Part shown: positions 1 through 12,530 of the stretch, in pieces | How the letters are laid out: the number at the start of each line of letters is the position of its first letter | How positions within the stretch are numbered: position 1 is the first letter of the stretch | Source: Octopus vulgaris | Taxonomy: Eukaryota | Direction of reading: 5' to 3' | NCBI GenBank assembly: GCA_951406725.2 | Contig: OX597833.1 | Span: 56,792,001 to 56,856,000, forward strand | DNA length: 64,000 bases | Notes under the pieces: model-generated | The model's database searches: none | The model's input: the letters and a program-made list of their open reading frames with translations, nothing else | What the model was told of the DNA's origin: nothing | Program-made: the position numbers and the translations under genes

Positions 1-1409
1 AAAACGGACGTTAAACGATGATGATGATGATGATGATGATTAAAAGCATCAATTTGAGGTGAAATAGTAAAACAGGCAACTGATGGGACTAGAACCACAC
101 ATATACATTGTTTGCCAGGTGAGTACATTACCAATTGCATGCAAATGCTCTATAATGTAATCAGTAATATGATCACTTGCCAAATGAGTGCTTATGTTCC
201 ATATCATTTACATTAAAATTACTTCCTAATCTGTAACAGTTTATGGTGTACATCAAGCATAAACATAACTCTGAGATCGGCAACATCTCACCAAAACGTG
301 CCTGATATATTTTATGTAATAAAACACATACGCAATTAATGTTTACAAAAACCTGAAGGGGAGAGGGCTGAGAAGAACAATTTTTTAAAATATATTCCAA
401 AAAAGTTATATCCAATTAATAACAGCCTATTTTTATTCAAATTCAACATTGTATTTTGTTTAAATATTGATTAATGTAACTAATGTAACAGAGATAACAC
501 AATCAATATGAACACATTTCGTGTATTGTATGATGACAAATCTACCTACCTATATTGATTTCATAAATATATGACCAAATATTAATTGATGAGAGATATG
601 GGAGTTTTGTGACATTCACTTTTTCCCTATTGAAGCACTAGAAACTGTTACGACCAGAATGGAAACTGGCTTTCAGGTTTAATTGAGAGTTTACTATTCT
701 CACACTCGGGCAGGATTTCTTTTCCAGAAGTATATGGTCAATTTTTCAAAAGGTTATGGTTCAGTGAATCAACCCCATTTCATAGATCTTAGCAAAATGG
801 AAAGTAAATTTGACTCTAACAGAGTTTATTTAGACTCAAAGAGAAAAGACAAAATACCGTAAAGCAGGGAGTACTTTCAATTTCAAATTGTAATAAGTGT
901 AAGATGATATAAACATGGAAATTAGTAAATAAATTCTTTTGCTTTAAAGCTTATATGTTCAAAGATACCTGTCAAATAGCACAAGATCGTCATAGCTAGA
1001 AACCTCGATCCAACTTCCTTTTTGATTAGCCATCTGGGTGTCAGATGTTAGCCCAGGACTAATTTAGAGCTAAATAACAATATCTGTAACATTCTATGAA
1101 CTTCAATTCATAAGCTAGATGCCTTAGTTACCTAATCAACCAACACTTCACTTTCAATAAAAGTATTACTAATTCTTGATTCTCATACTGGTACGAAATA
1201 GGATTTTCAAATTTTTGTAGAAAATATTATCCTGCTTTTTCTAGGAACATTAGAAAAATATATAAAGCGAAGCATTTACAATCAGGAATCAAAGTCAAAT
1301 TGTAGGCTCAGTTCACTGAGAAATCACAGTAACTTGCAAATGGTAACAGCAATAATACCAACAATCATAGTAATACTAATTTCTTTTGACTAGCATCAAG
1401 GAGCATAGA

Positions 1410-2150
1410 CCTACTTGCCTTCATGTCCAACAGTGGCCACTCTTATGCAGATGATATGGTCCTTCATTCTTCTTTAAGCTTCTTCACTCAAGTGTCATCC
1501 ACATTCCACTTCACTCCAAACCTGTACTGGACTCCATAAACAGAGACCACAAATGCATCCACCAATGGAGCCATATTAATCCTGTCTTTTTCAATAGCAA
1601 AAAAACACAAGCACTGCTCATACCAAAAAAAAACATCTTTGCACCTCACTCCTCTTGAACACGGACAGCACCCAAGGGCCCATGCAATCACTCCAAATAG
1701 CAAATACTCATCTTTAACAATGCTAGAACTGCATCTCAAAACTGGCCTGTCTTTTCAGAGCCAGAAAATACATCAAGCCATAATAATTACTAACCCTCAA
1801 CAAAGTTCAGATGAGACCCATACTGGAATACTGCTCCATATCTGTGATAGTCCTGCTGCAAACACAGACCACATCCAGAGAAAGGCCACTCAATTGACTG
1901 GCGTAAGGTCACCACAGACACACTTGAACCAAAGACATGATATCTCCTCTCTCTACCTTTTCTATCAGTACTTACAATAGCTTCTGCTCCTTGGATCGCA
2001 TTGATCTATCCAGGCACTCATTTTTTTACTCATCCTTTCATCATCCATGTTATGTCCAACTTTTGTAGGCTCCTCACTAACCACTACACCTATTCCATCT
2101 GCCCAAGAAAACCATCCTTCTGAAATTCCTTTCTTGCAATCATTGATTTG
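1410..2150 (+). mobile_element. Decayed CR1/L2-clade LINE, 3' part of ORF2
   Basis: YADD motif at about 1445 (TATGCAGATGAT). Frameshifted ASQKLACLFRARKY, PILEYCS and DHIQRKATQL...SSLYLFYQY motifs. Confidence 0.8.
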
Positions 2151-3334
2151 TAATAGCTTAAACAGAATGTTAACATTATCTCACCAATCACAACGGACTT
2201 GCAAAGGCCATGGATACTGCTTTCTTCCCTCAGAACTAGCAACTAAAAGCAAACAAAAAGCCTAACCCTGGTGAAATTTGAACTATGCTCATATAAGAAC
2301 AACACTAAATGTTGAAAGTTATTCAGTCAAAAGCTCTGCCATTTCTATTCACCTAACACCCTAAATTCTATATAACAATGCCATTTTAAGAACATTATCC
2401 CTCTCACTCAGTACAAACAAACTCAAAAACATATAGACAAAAACAGGAAGAACATAAAACCTAAATAGAACTCAGTTACAGTATATCTTGAATACCAGAA
2501 CAGAGGAATGAACCTTATCATTTAACTTATTGCCTATGTACCATAAGGCTCCTCAATCAATGCTAGTTGGGTTGCACAACAACATATCACTCTCAGTTGT
2601 AATAATATTAATATCAAAAGAAAACATATAAAAATGTTCGTCAGTAAAGAGAATTCACAAGAACCATTAACTGTTAATACACAAACCCAATTATTTAATT
2701 GCAGCTGTTATGCTACAATATATAACACACAAGAAGTACATACATAGAGAGAAAGAGAGTTATTACAAAGACTATCATTTTACTACAGACACTCAGATTT
2801 GCAGTAGTTGCAATGTAATCACACACAAACGCATACATCAGCCATTAAATTATTTATTTTAAAGTAAATTCAAGATTTTCTAGATAACAATATAAGAAAA
2901 TTTCAGGTATCATCAACTAATTGCTAAGTTTAAAATTTACAAAAATATATGTCATGCATTTCTTAGAAACTTTAGCGAAATCAATATATGTTTCACTACA
3001 CACTAGGTATGTAATATTAAACATTGATAAAACCACAATAAAGTGATGTTTTCTGTACTAAGCGTAGAATATGTAAAAAGAAAATGGTTCAGTCACTAAA
3101 ATAAACAGTAAGACAATTACACTAAATTTCTTTCTAGAAAACTAAGTATGAATACGATAATAAAAATACAGCTAGATTAGACCTTGACAACATATGGAAA
3201 GAATCTCAGGTGGACATAAATAAAAGGAAAGATTCTGAAAAGAGAATCGACTCAACTCTTGTTCAGAAGCCTAGATTTTAGAGCATGTATTAAACAATCA
3301 TGATGAATACAGTTGTTCAAACATCTTTCTAGAT

Positions 3335-3898
3335 CAGGAGTGAGGAGACCCTGCCCACAGGCACAATTGTGCCCACAAGCCTATTTTATTGTGCCTGCAG
3401 GCTGATATACTCATATGTACAAAATATAGTAAATTTTTCAATCATAAAATTTATACAATATTTTTATGCCTATTTGCAACATAGGTCACATTTCCACTAC
3501 AACTTAAAACGGTTAAACTCAACAAGAAAATCATCCAGTAATTGTCATTTGAATGGAAATTTTGTTTTCACTATAAAACACATATTACTAGGCTTGTACC
3601 ACCCCCTTGAGACCCAATTACACTCAAGCTGAAAAATGTAGGATAAATCATAAGTAATATAAATGTCTTAAATTCAGTGGTAGTGTTAATGAAGATGTTA
3701 TGCATTAATTTAGTGTGTTAAACTTATCTTTATTAATGTATATCGAATTATACATAGGTATATACAAGATTATCATCATCGTTTAACGTCCGTTTTCCAT
3801 GCACTACACAGATATAAGAGTTAGAACTTGTGATTCACCCACAGACCTTATTCTTTGGAAATTTTTGCTCACTGCACTAAAAAGTCACCCCAGCCCTG
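3335..3898. mobile_element. hAT (Charlie-like) MITE
   Basis: TSD TTCTAGAT at 3327-3334 and 3899-3906. Degenerate TIRs CAGGAGTGAGGAGA / TCACCCCAGCCCTG. Confidence 0.7.
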
Positions 3899-6405
3899 TT
3901 CTAGATCAATAGTTCCAAAACTCTTTAGCTATGATTTTGTTGCTTTCATGAATTTCCCCAATTCCTCCTACACACTATATTAAAAACAATATTTATTATA
4001 AAATTGTTTATGAACATATTGAATATAATGACACAAAACTATTCCAAGTTCCATAAATCTCATAGTCCTTGTGGTAGATAGATAGCTGTGCTCAATTTGA
4101 AGAACCTCTACACTAGGTGATGATGTCTGACAATGAATGCATATGAAATTCAAGATCACATTAATTTTTCAACTAAAATTTTTTGAATCATCAACAGAAC
4201 ATTTTACAATTTTAAGTTTGAATTTGTTGAAGCTTGACTTAACCCAAACACAGAATCTCAGATTGGTAAACTATTCCATTGCCAAAGCATTTGAATAAGC
4301 ACCACCACCACCCACCTCCCCATAAAAGATTAACCTTAGTGTTATTCAACGACAACAGCAAAATGTAATTCATACGTGACTGTGATACATTAAAGATTTT
4401 CTGAACAAGAATAAGAAATTTGGAAGTATTTACAAATTAATCATATAAGTTAACAAACTAAGCTTCGTAGGAAACAATGTTTTTAAATCTCAAACTAAAC
4501 ATGAAATATGATAACAAAAAGTACAGCTACATTAGACCTTGACAACATCCTCTTAAATAATCTACAATGTATTCATTTCCTCCATAATATCAATGATAGT
4601 TGATGTAGAGACTATAATTTATTTAACAGGAATATGAAATCGTTTTTATTTCAAAGTTTTATCAGATTAAAATTTTTAAACGTACAAGACCTTATTTTGG
4701 TTCTAAAAGAAAAGTTTATTTATCTATATGTAATTAAAAATAAATATCTTGCCCTAGTTTTGATTTGAAAGGATGAAGGCTACTGCAGGCTGAAATGAAG
4801 AAGAAAGGAAGAGAATGTGATATAACTGGAAATTAAAACACGAATATATTTTATATTACAACTACAAAATTGTTTAGTTTCAAACTAAAAGCAAAGAAAA
4901 CATCTTTGGTACTATATATTATTTACTATTTTATATCACAATGACTATTATGTAATGGTACCACATTAGTATACATGATATTAGTATACCAAGCAGGATA
5001 CAATTATTTGTTTAAAGGTACAACTAGCTGCCTTTGTCTCCTCATAACAAAATGTAACTAGATTTCAGATTCTTTTCTTCTTACAGATGTGTTGTGCTGT
5101 AAATATTTATAACTAAAAACAACTGGTGCTCATTTTTGAAACATGGTATATAAGATTAGTATAATCTATGATATTTATATGCAACATATTCTGTTAAATA
5201 TGTAAAGGATTTGAAGTTAAGTAAAGAATATATTTCTGTTTTCATATGGCTTCCTACAAGAAAATCTTTTGAAAGTTAGTAGCTAAAGCATGGATAGTGT
5301 AAACATTTCAGAGCGATAGAGAAGGATAAAGTAAAATATTTAGTATAACGTATAGAAAGATAGCATACAGTGGAGGCAAAAGAAGGATGACAGGTTTCAC
5401 CAGAGTTGGTAACCAACCATTGAGTTGAGAGAAGCTGAAACCATTGCATTGCTAGAAAAAGAAACTGATCAAAGACAAAGCTCAAAATGAGCCAGTATCG
5501 CTGAGTGATATTTTAGCAGTAGGCAGACTTTTTATACAAGCTATCAAGTATTTGGGTCAATGATGAATTTTCCATCCTAAATATGTCAGCCCTTTGTTGA
5601 GTAAAAAAGGAATATTTAGATATTTTACTCATGCTAAAGAATTGTAATCCATTTTATTATTAAAAAAATAATAAATATATAGGTCATTTCCTAACTTATG
5701 CTAATAGCTACTGTATAAACCCTTTTTATATGAGGGCTTCGGTGCACAATTTCATCTGTTTAGGATATAAATAGTAAAATATTTATTTAAGATAAACTGA
5801 GGTAATTTAGCAAAACTACACACTTCTTTACTTTGAAGCCAATTATAGAAATAATAATTCTGCCTCTTTAACAAAAGTATATGATATATCTGACCAATTC
5901 TACCATTCGACACACATTGAAACCAATACCACATCTAAAAAAGGGATGAAACATCTCAAATAATATCAAATTAAAATGTGAAGATGCTTTAGATAGATCG
6001 TGTGTCACAGTCTAGTAGTTATTTAGAGCAAAACATTTATTCAACTAAATTCACACAGAAGCCTATCAAAACACACAAACGAAGGTAACATATGGTCTGG
6101 GGCTATAAATTTCAGTAAAAAAATAATATATATATCTACATGCTAAGGTGCAAAATCTAGTACTAACAGACTGGCTTTGTAGGATAGCTTCATATTAGTG
6201 CTGATTGGTATCAGAAAAGAATAAATTCAGAAGGAATGTGTTTTCATCTCTGGATATGACACTTTTAGGAGAACATTTTGCTGAAGTTCCCATAAAAAAC
6301 TTTATGTATGCACTATTTATTTACTAAATTTAGAAATGTGAGAGCATCAGCTACATTGTTGATTTCCCAACATTTTTAAACATTTTCTTCATGATACATC
6401 ATTTC

Positions 6406-6482
<77 letters not shown>

Positions 6483-8076
6483 ACAGCATTACTTTGAAAG
6501 AGAGGGTCTCAAAACACTATTTAAAAAATGATCTTACAAGAACTTGTTAAACCCAAAGCTTAACTTAACTCACTGTTTATCCTCAAAGGAGCTTTTTCAA
6601 ACATAGTGCCCACTTAAGCCATCTCAAAATCCTTTGTAACTACACTTAAATATAAACCAAGAGAGAACCTCCACATGGTCAATCAACTTGCTAAAAATAG
6701 TAGCAGCCAAATCTGCCTTAAAATTACACCATATAAAGAGAAGCCACATCACACAATTTAATTCTATATATTCCTAAAAAGACGGCATGGTAATGGCTGA
6801 AATGCCTTTGACAACAGGTCTACTTAAGGGTCAACTGAGTCTTAACAACATCAAAATAGACAGACGCTTTCCATCAAATTTAATCTCAATGCAAATTTGC
6901 ACATCACACAGTATTTCTACCATCCTTTTATGCACCTCTATATTACTAATTCTTATTTTATTCATTCAAGATTAAAAGTGAATCTAAAGAACTCTGTCAT
7001 AGAGCTATCAAGTCTCTCTGATGCTCCATTAATAAGCCATCGCCTAAATTAAGTGTAACTTAGAATCAAAGTTCACAGAGTGCATTCTTTCTTAATCTTG
7101 TAAAAAGAAAATCAGAGATCAATCAGGTTTTCTATAATTTCCCCACACCAGTTCTTGCAGGAATTTTAGTCATCAATAGATGTTCGGAAAGCAATATGAA
7201 AGAAAAAAGGTGGTGTAAATGAAAATGAATGAATTTAAGTAATTAACAAATAACATGTTAGTAGAAAAATTAGTTAAAAATTGGGAAAATCAGGACGTGT
7301 TAAAAGAAATAATCTGAAGGAAACTAAACTAGATTACAATATTTAAACATCTGATCTTATGATTTTGTTTGGAGTTAGACCTATTTATTCCAAGATTCCC
7401 AACAATTAAAACACTAAAGCCATTGATATGATTGAAAGAAATTCAAACACCCATTAGGACCAGGAACATATTTCCATACTTAGTTCTGTTTACATGATAT
7501 GAAGAGATGAGAGATGAATTTTTCTTTCAATAGGATTACCGATCTATTAAAAATAACAGTTCCAGATGATTAGATACCTATTCCTGAAATGAAATGATAT
7601 CAGTATTCTACACAGAAACCCAAGAAAAGGAATATACCTGATTTGAAATAGTGACCTATTAGTACGTGGCCAAATACATTATCCATCTAGCCATCTTCCT
7701 GGCAATGACCTTATTTAATCATGTTTAACTTTTTTTAACTATTTACCACTCAACTTCTCAGGCTACCATTCAAATAGGTAGGTATTTTGTTGATTCTAAG
7801 CACTTCACCACAAAGGACTGGAACACTCACATATTTTCAGCAAGACAAACTGAGGCAAGAAAAGAAACTTGTTGTGTACAAGATTATAATCCAACGGTTG
7901 CAGGTAGGTTACAACAATATTTCAACACATGATGCTAGTTTATATTCCTCATGAATAATTCCTTGGTAGTAAATAAAGGTTTAATACAGTTTCAGCTTTG
8001 CAACAACAAATATAATTTTTAATGGAGATCATTTGTAGACCAAGAAAGATGTTCCTTTAACAGTGAATGTTTACAT

Positions 8077-8467
8077 AGGCGCAGGAGTGGCTGTGTGGTA
8101 AGTAGCTTGTTTACCAACCACATGGTTCCGGGTTCAGTCCCACTGCGGGCACCTTGGGCAAGAGTCTTCTACTATAGCCTCTGGCCGACCAAAGCCTTGT
8201 GAGTGGATTTGGTAGACGGAAACTGTATATATATGTATATATATGTGTGTGTGTGTTTGTGTTTGTCCCCCTAGCATTGCTTGACAACTGATGCTGGTGT
8301 GTTTATGTCCCCGTTACCTAGCGATTCAGCAAAAGAGACCGATAGAATAAGTACTGGCCTTACAAAAGAATAAGTCCCGGAATCGAGTTGCTCGATTAAA
8401 GGCGGTGCTCCAGCATGGCCGCAGTCAAATGACTGAAACAAGTAAAAGAGTAAAAGAGAGTAAGAGT
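8077..8467 (+). mobile_element. tRNA-derived SINE, family A (full length)
   Basis: Head GGCGCAGGAGTGGCTGTGTGGTAAG (A box) and GGTTCAGTCCC (B box), CCTTGGGCAAG core, internal TA/TG microsatellite and (GTAAAAGA)n tail. Near-identical to other copies in the window. Confidence 0.9.
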
Positions 8468-9859
8468 ATGCGGTAACAAAGTAGGTTGAGACAAGTGATG
8501 ACCACTTGTCTGATTGGGATGATTCTGGCTCCACAGGAGATGAACTCAGTATTGTAAGCTTATAAATCATTTGATAATTTTGAAAGGATGCCTGCAGCCA
8601 TCAGCTGTTCATAACATGGGCTACCACTTTACAGCTAGGAGGACTGGGTTATAAGAGTCAGGTGTCTTTGTTACAAGCAAACTTACATGAATGACAATAT
8701 ATGATGCTGACTGTGCCCCTACTTCTCTATGTATGTGTATGTGTGCATAAGTGTATATATATCACCATCATCGTTTTACATCCACTTGCCATACTGGCAT
8801 GGGCTGAACCGTTTGAAAGAATCTGACAGGTTGAAAGGCCAAGTCTTGCTTCAGCATTTCAGTCTGAACTTGTTTTCTAGAGTTGGATGTCCTTCCTAGC
8901 ACCAACCAGTACACATTACAAAGTGCAGATTGTGCATCTTTTCAAGGCACCAGCACTGTAGTGTCTTGCTGTAGACAAAATTGCATTTTTCTTTACATGA
9001 TTCACCAATTCTTACAAGAAGGGGAAGACTGACCAACATATAACATCATTCTCCTTTTAACATCTATTTATGCATGAGATGAGACTTAGTAGAGAATTTT
9101 CTATGGTCAAATGCCCTTCTTGACACCAAACCTCACCTGTTTTCAAGCAAGGTAATAATTTCCCCTGTCTATTAAACAATAGGCACCTTGAACATGCTTT
9201 CACAAAAGACTGCATGCAAACAATACTGCTTGTATGAATGGTGGTATTGCCCCAGCATGGCCACAGTCCAATGAGTGAAACAACAGGTAATATATATATA
9301 TATATATATATATAAAAGGGACAGACAGACATATAGAAAGACACTTTTTACTATTTTTACTATTACCATTAACTCATCAAATATAATAGTAATTTCAAAC
9401 TTCTAAAATGGTTGATTTTTTTTGATGAAGCATAAAGCTCATTCTTAAGGGACCATATAAATTAATATATCTCAATACATTATCGACACCAGTTTAATCA
9501 ACTTCTAAATGTTAACATCAACTCAGTTAAGACATATATCTAATGAGTGGTTCTGCCAGACTAATTACAGTAAATCACTTAATCTCATGTCATCACTATC
9601 ATTTTTACCCTAGAAATAGATATTATATAAGTTAACTCAGTCAACACTGAACCCTACAGACAGATACAATCTGGTGTTTATATCACTTGAGATTGAATGA
9701 CATATCAATTATCTTTCTTGAAGAATTTAACCTTTAAAAGTTAACATCTATGCAAGTGACATGGATACTAAGTACAATAAATGGGTCATGACTACTGCAA
9801 CCAATTACACTTCACAATCGGTTTAAAAGAAACTAGAAACAAGCCGGCGAAGGAGTCTC

Positions 9860-10575
9860 TCTCTATCTACCTGGCAGAGATAGAAGCCAAGTCTGCCTCA
9901 CTTGATCATCTAAAAAATTAATTCATTTAAAAATTATACATTATACATAAAAAAAAGGCGGGGATTAAATAAGATGAGTTGATCAGACTTGGAATGCTTT
10001 CCATCATATTCAACATAGTAGAGATAGCAGCCAAATCTCCCTCACCTGACCATCAAAAACAAAAATTAATTCATTTAAAAATGAAACACAAAGACGAAAT
10101 AAGTTGAGCTGGTCAAAGCAGGAATCCTTTCGATCTTAAATCTCCTTGAATGGGCTGACATCAAGTTAAACAACAACAGAAAGTAACACATTGCATAATG
10201 TAGTCTTAGATATAATATGGCAAAAATTAAAGGATAATTGTTGCCACAACACCATTAATCAAAGGTCGGCAGGATCAGATTAACCTGGGATTAAACAACA
10301 GATAACCGGAATGGTTCACATCTAAGTTATACACTTACAGTTACATGTATATGCAAACAGTAAGGGAACCTCCATGCGCACTCACAACCTGCTAATAATA
10401 GCAGCCAAATGTATGCCTCAATTCATATACCCTAATGTCTTAAATAAATAAAATTTAAAAAATAATTAAAAAAATAAATAGGACACATACAAAAAGGAGA
10501 TGATGGTGATGATGGCTAGAATGTCTGCTTATTAGTCTGCTGATCAGGATTGACCTGGAGTTAATAAACAACAAC
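9860..10575 (+). repeat. Cluster of several degenerate copies of repeat family D with (AAC)n tails (also 6665-6850 and 54200-54330)
   Basis: Repeated ATAGCAGCCAAATCT(C/G)CCTCA and GGAATGC(C/T)TT...GATTAACCTGGG...AAACAACA motifs. Confidence 0.6.
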
Positions 10576-10691
10576 AGTTAATACAAAATACAGAGAGAAT
10601 AAGGAAGAGATTCACAGAGGATATAAATGCGATGAAAAGAAAGAGAAAGGAACAAGGATCGGTTTCAAATACTTTTCAGATTTTATTATAT

Positions 10692-10722
<31 letters not shown>

Positions 10723-11119
10723 CTTTTTTTTAAATTGAATTCTAATTTTGTTTTCTGAATTCATATTGAAAATTTATGACTTGAATAAATTTCATTTATT
10801 ATTATTATTATTTTTTTTTTTTTAATTTAAACAGGATGTCGTTGATCAATTAATCTTTCAATTTCGGTACAAGACAAATCATTTTTAAAAGTAATGCTCT
10901 AGAAACGAGTTTATACATTTTGATGATTCTTTTTTTTTTTTTTTTCCAAGTTTTCAATTAAGACTGAAATGGTTTCATAAAAACCACCTTATTTAATAGC
11001 AAAATGGAGTTGAAAAAAAATATATAAAGCAAGTAAGCAAAAGTGAGATTTTTAAGGGAAAGGAGTATAAATAGCAGCACAAGCTAAATTCAAGCAACAA
11101 AAGATGACAAAAAAAAATA

Positions 11120-11727
11120 TTGATGATAATGGTAGTAGTAGTAGATGATGATGATGACGATGACTATGATGATGATGATAGTGGTAGAGGAACAGATGAC
11201 AACCATAATATGGAGGCTGATGGTAGTGGTAGCAGTAGTGATAAAGATTCACCATGACTGGTCATGGTGAGTCTTTTGAAGTATTGACAAAATCATAATG
11301 ATGATGATGATGATGATGGTGGTGGTGATGATAGCAGTGGTAGAGGTGGTGGTGGTGGTGGTGGTGATGTGTTGTTGGGGTGGGAGGTCAGCAATCTTGT
11401 TAGTGGCAGAGACAAATGTGATGTTATTTGTTAGTGATATTTTGATTTTTTTTTTTGTTCTTTTTTTCTATTTTTTTTTTTAGGGTGCTGAAGAACTAAT
11501 AATCTCAGTTCCCATAAATCTTGATGAGGAAGAGGAAGAGAAGGAACATAAGTAGTGATGATAAAGCTGTCAATGTTGCTTGGGCTTTGACTTGAGGAAC
11601 TGGTTCAAGAAGAGGAGGCAGGAGATATGGAGATTGGAGGGAGTTATGATTTCAGTAATCTTGCTAATCACAGTAGTAGTAGTGGTAGTGGTGGTGGTGG
11701 TGGTGGTGTAGTAGTAGTAGTAGTAGC

Positions 11728-11776
<49 letters not shown>

Positions 11777-11820
11777 TCGATGGTGGTGATGGTGGTGGTG
11801 GCGACGATGGTGGTGTTTGA
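11120..11820. repeat. Compound trinucleotide microsatellite field (GAT/GGT/GTA)n
   Basis: Direct reading; produces the poly-M/V/H/Y/L spurious ORFs. Confidence 0.9.
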
Positions 11821-12227
11821 AAAGAAATGAAAATGATGTCAAGGGAAACAATGACAATGATACCAAGCAAAGGTGACAGCAGCGGAAAGCTAGCATGCTG
11901 CTACTGATGCTTACAATAATTTTTATAATTAATGTAGTGCAATGTCATACAATTTTCAATTCCCCTCACCGCTCCGAGCACCTTTATTTTATTTTATCTT
12001 TTAATGACAACATCGGTAACATGACAGGAAGTGAAGGGAAAAGCTTGTAAAGAAGTATTGGTAATAGGATGAATCATATCCAGACTAATGTCAACATAAA
12101 CAAACAGCAGCATGAAGGTGTAAGATTTTTACAATTAAGAGCCTGAACTTAACATTTTGAAGAGGAATTCAAAACATTGCAAGCAACTGCTAAAATAATA
12201 AAAGGTCTATGCAATGATAAAATACTG

Positions 12228-12480
12228 TTTATTTCATACACAACCTATTTTAGAGATTTCTGCTAAAAGTGGTACCATAAATTTACTGATGGCTTTGATT
12301 TAATTCTCAAATCTTTTCAAATCCATGTTCAAATGGCAAAAATCCATTGATAAATTTCTAAAAATATAATTTTTTTTTTTCCTTTTTTTGCTTTTTACTC
12401 TTTCAACTGTTTTGTGACAAGTGTTCATGTAACTATGATGAATGTGTATGCAAAGGTATGTGAGTATATATAGAGAGAGA

Positions 12481-12530
<50 letters not shown>

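Noticed and set aside
9860-10575. CRISPR-like repeat-spacer array
   Set aside because: Eukaryotic context, irregular spacing and degenerate copies of a dispersed repeat; no cas genes.
11052-11896. Poly-His/Val/Leu/Tyr ORFs resembling signal or transmembrane peptides
   Set aside because: Translations of trinucleotide microsatellites. The same applies to the ORFs at 18927-19767, 22578-22907, 40000-40303 and 41034-41616.
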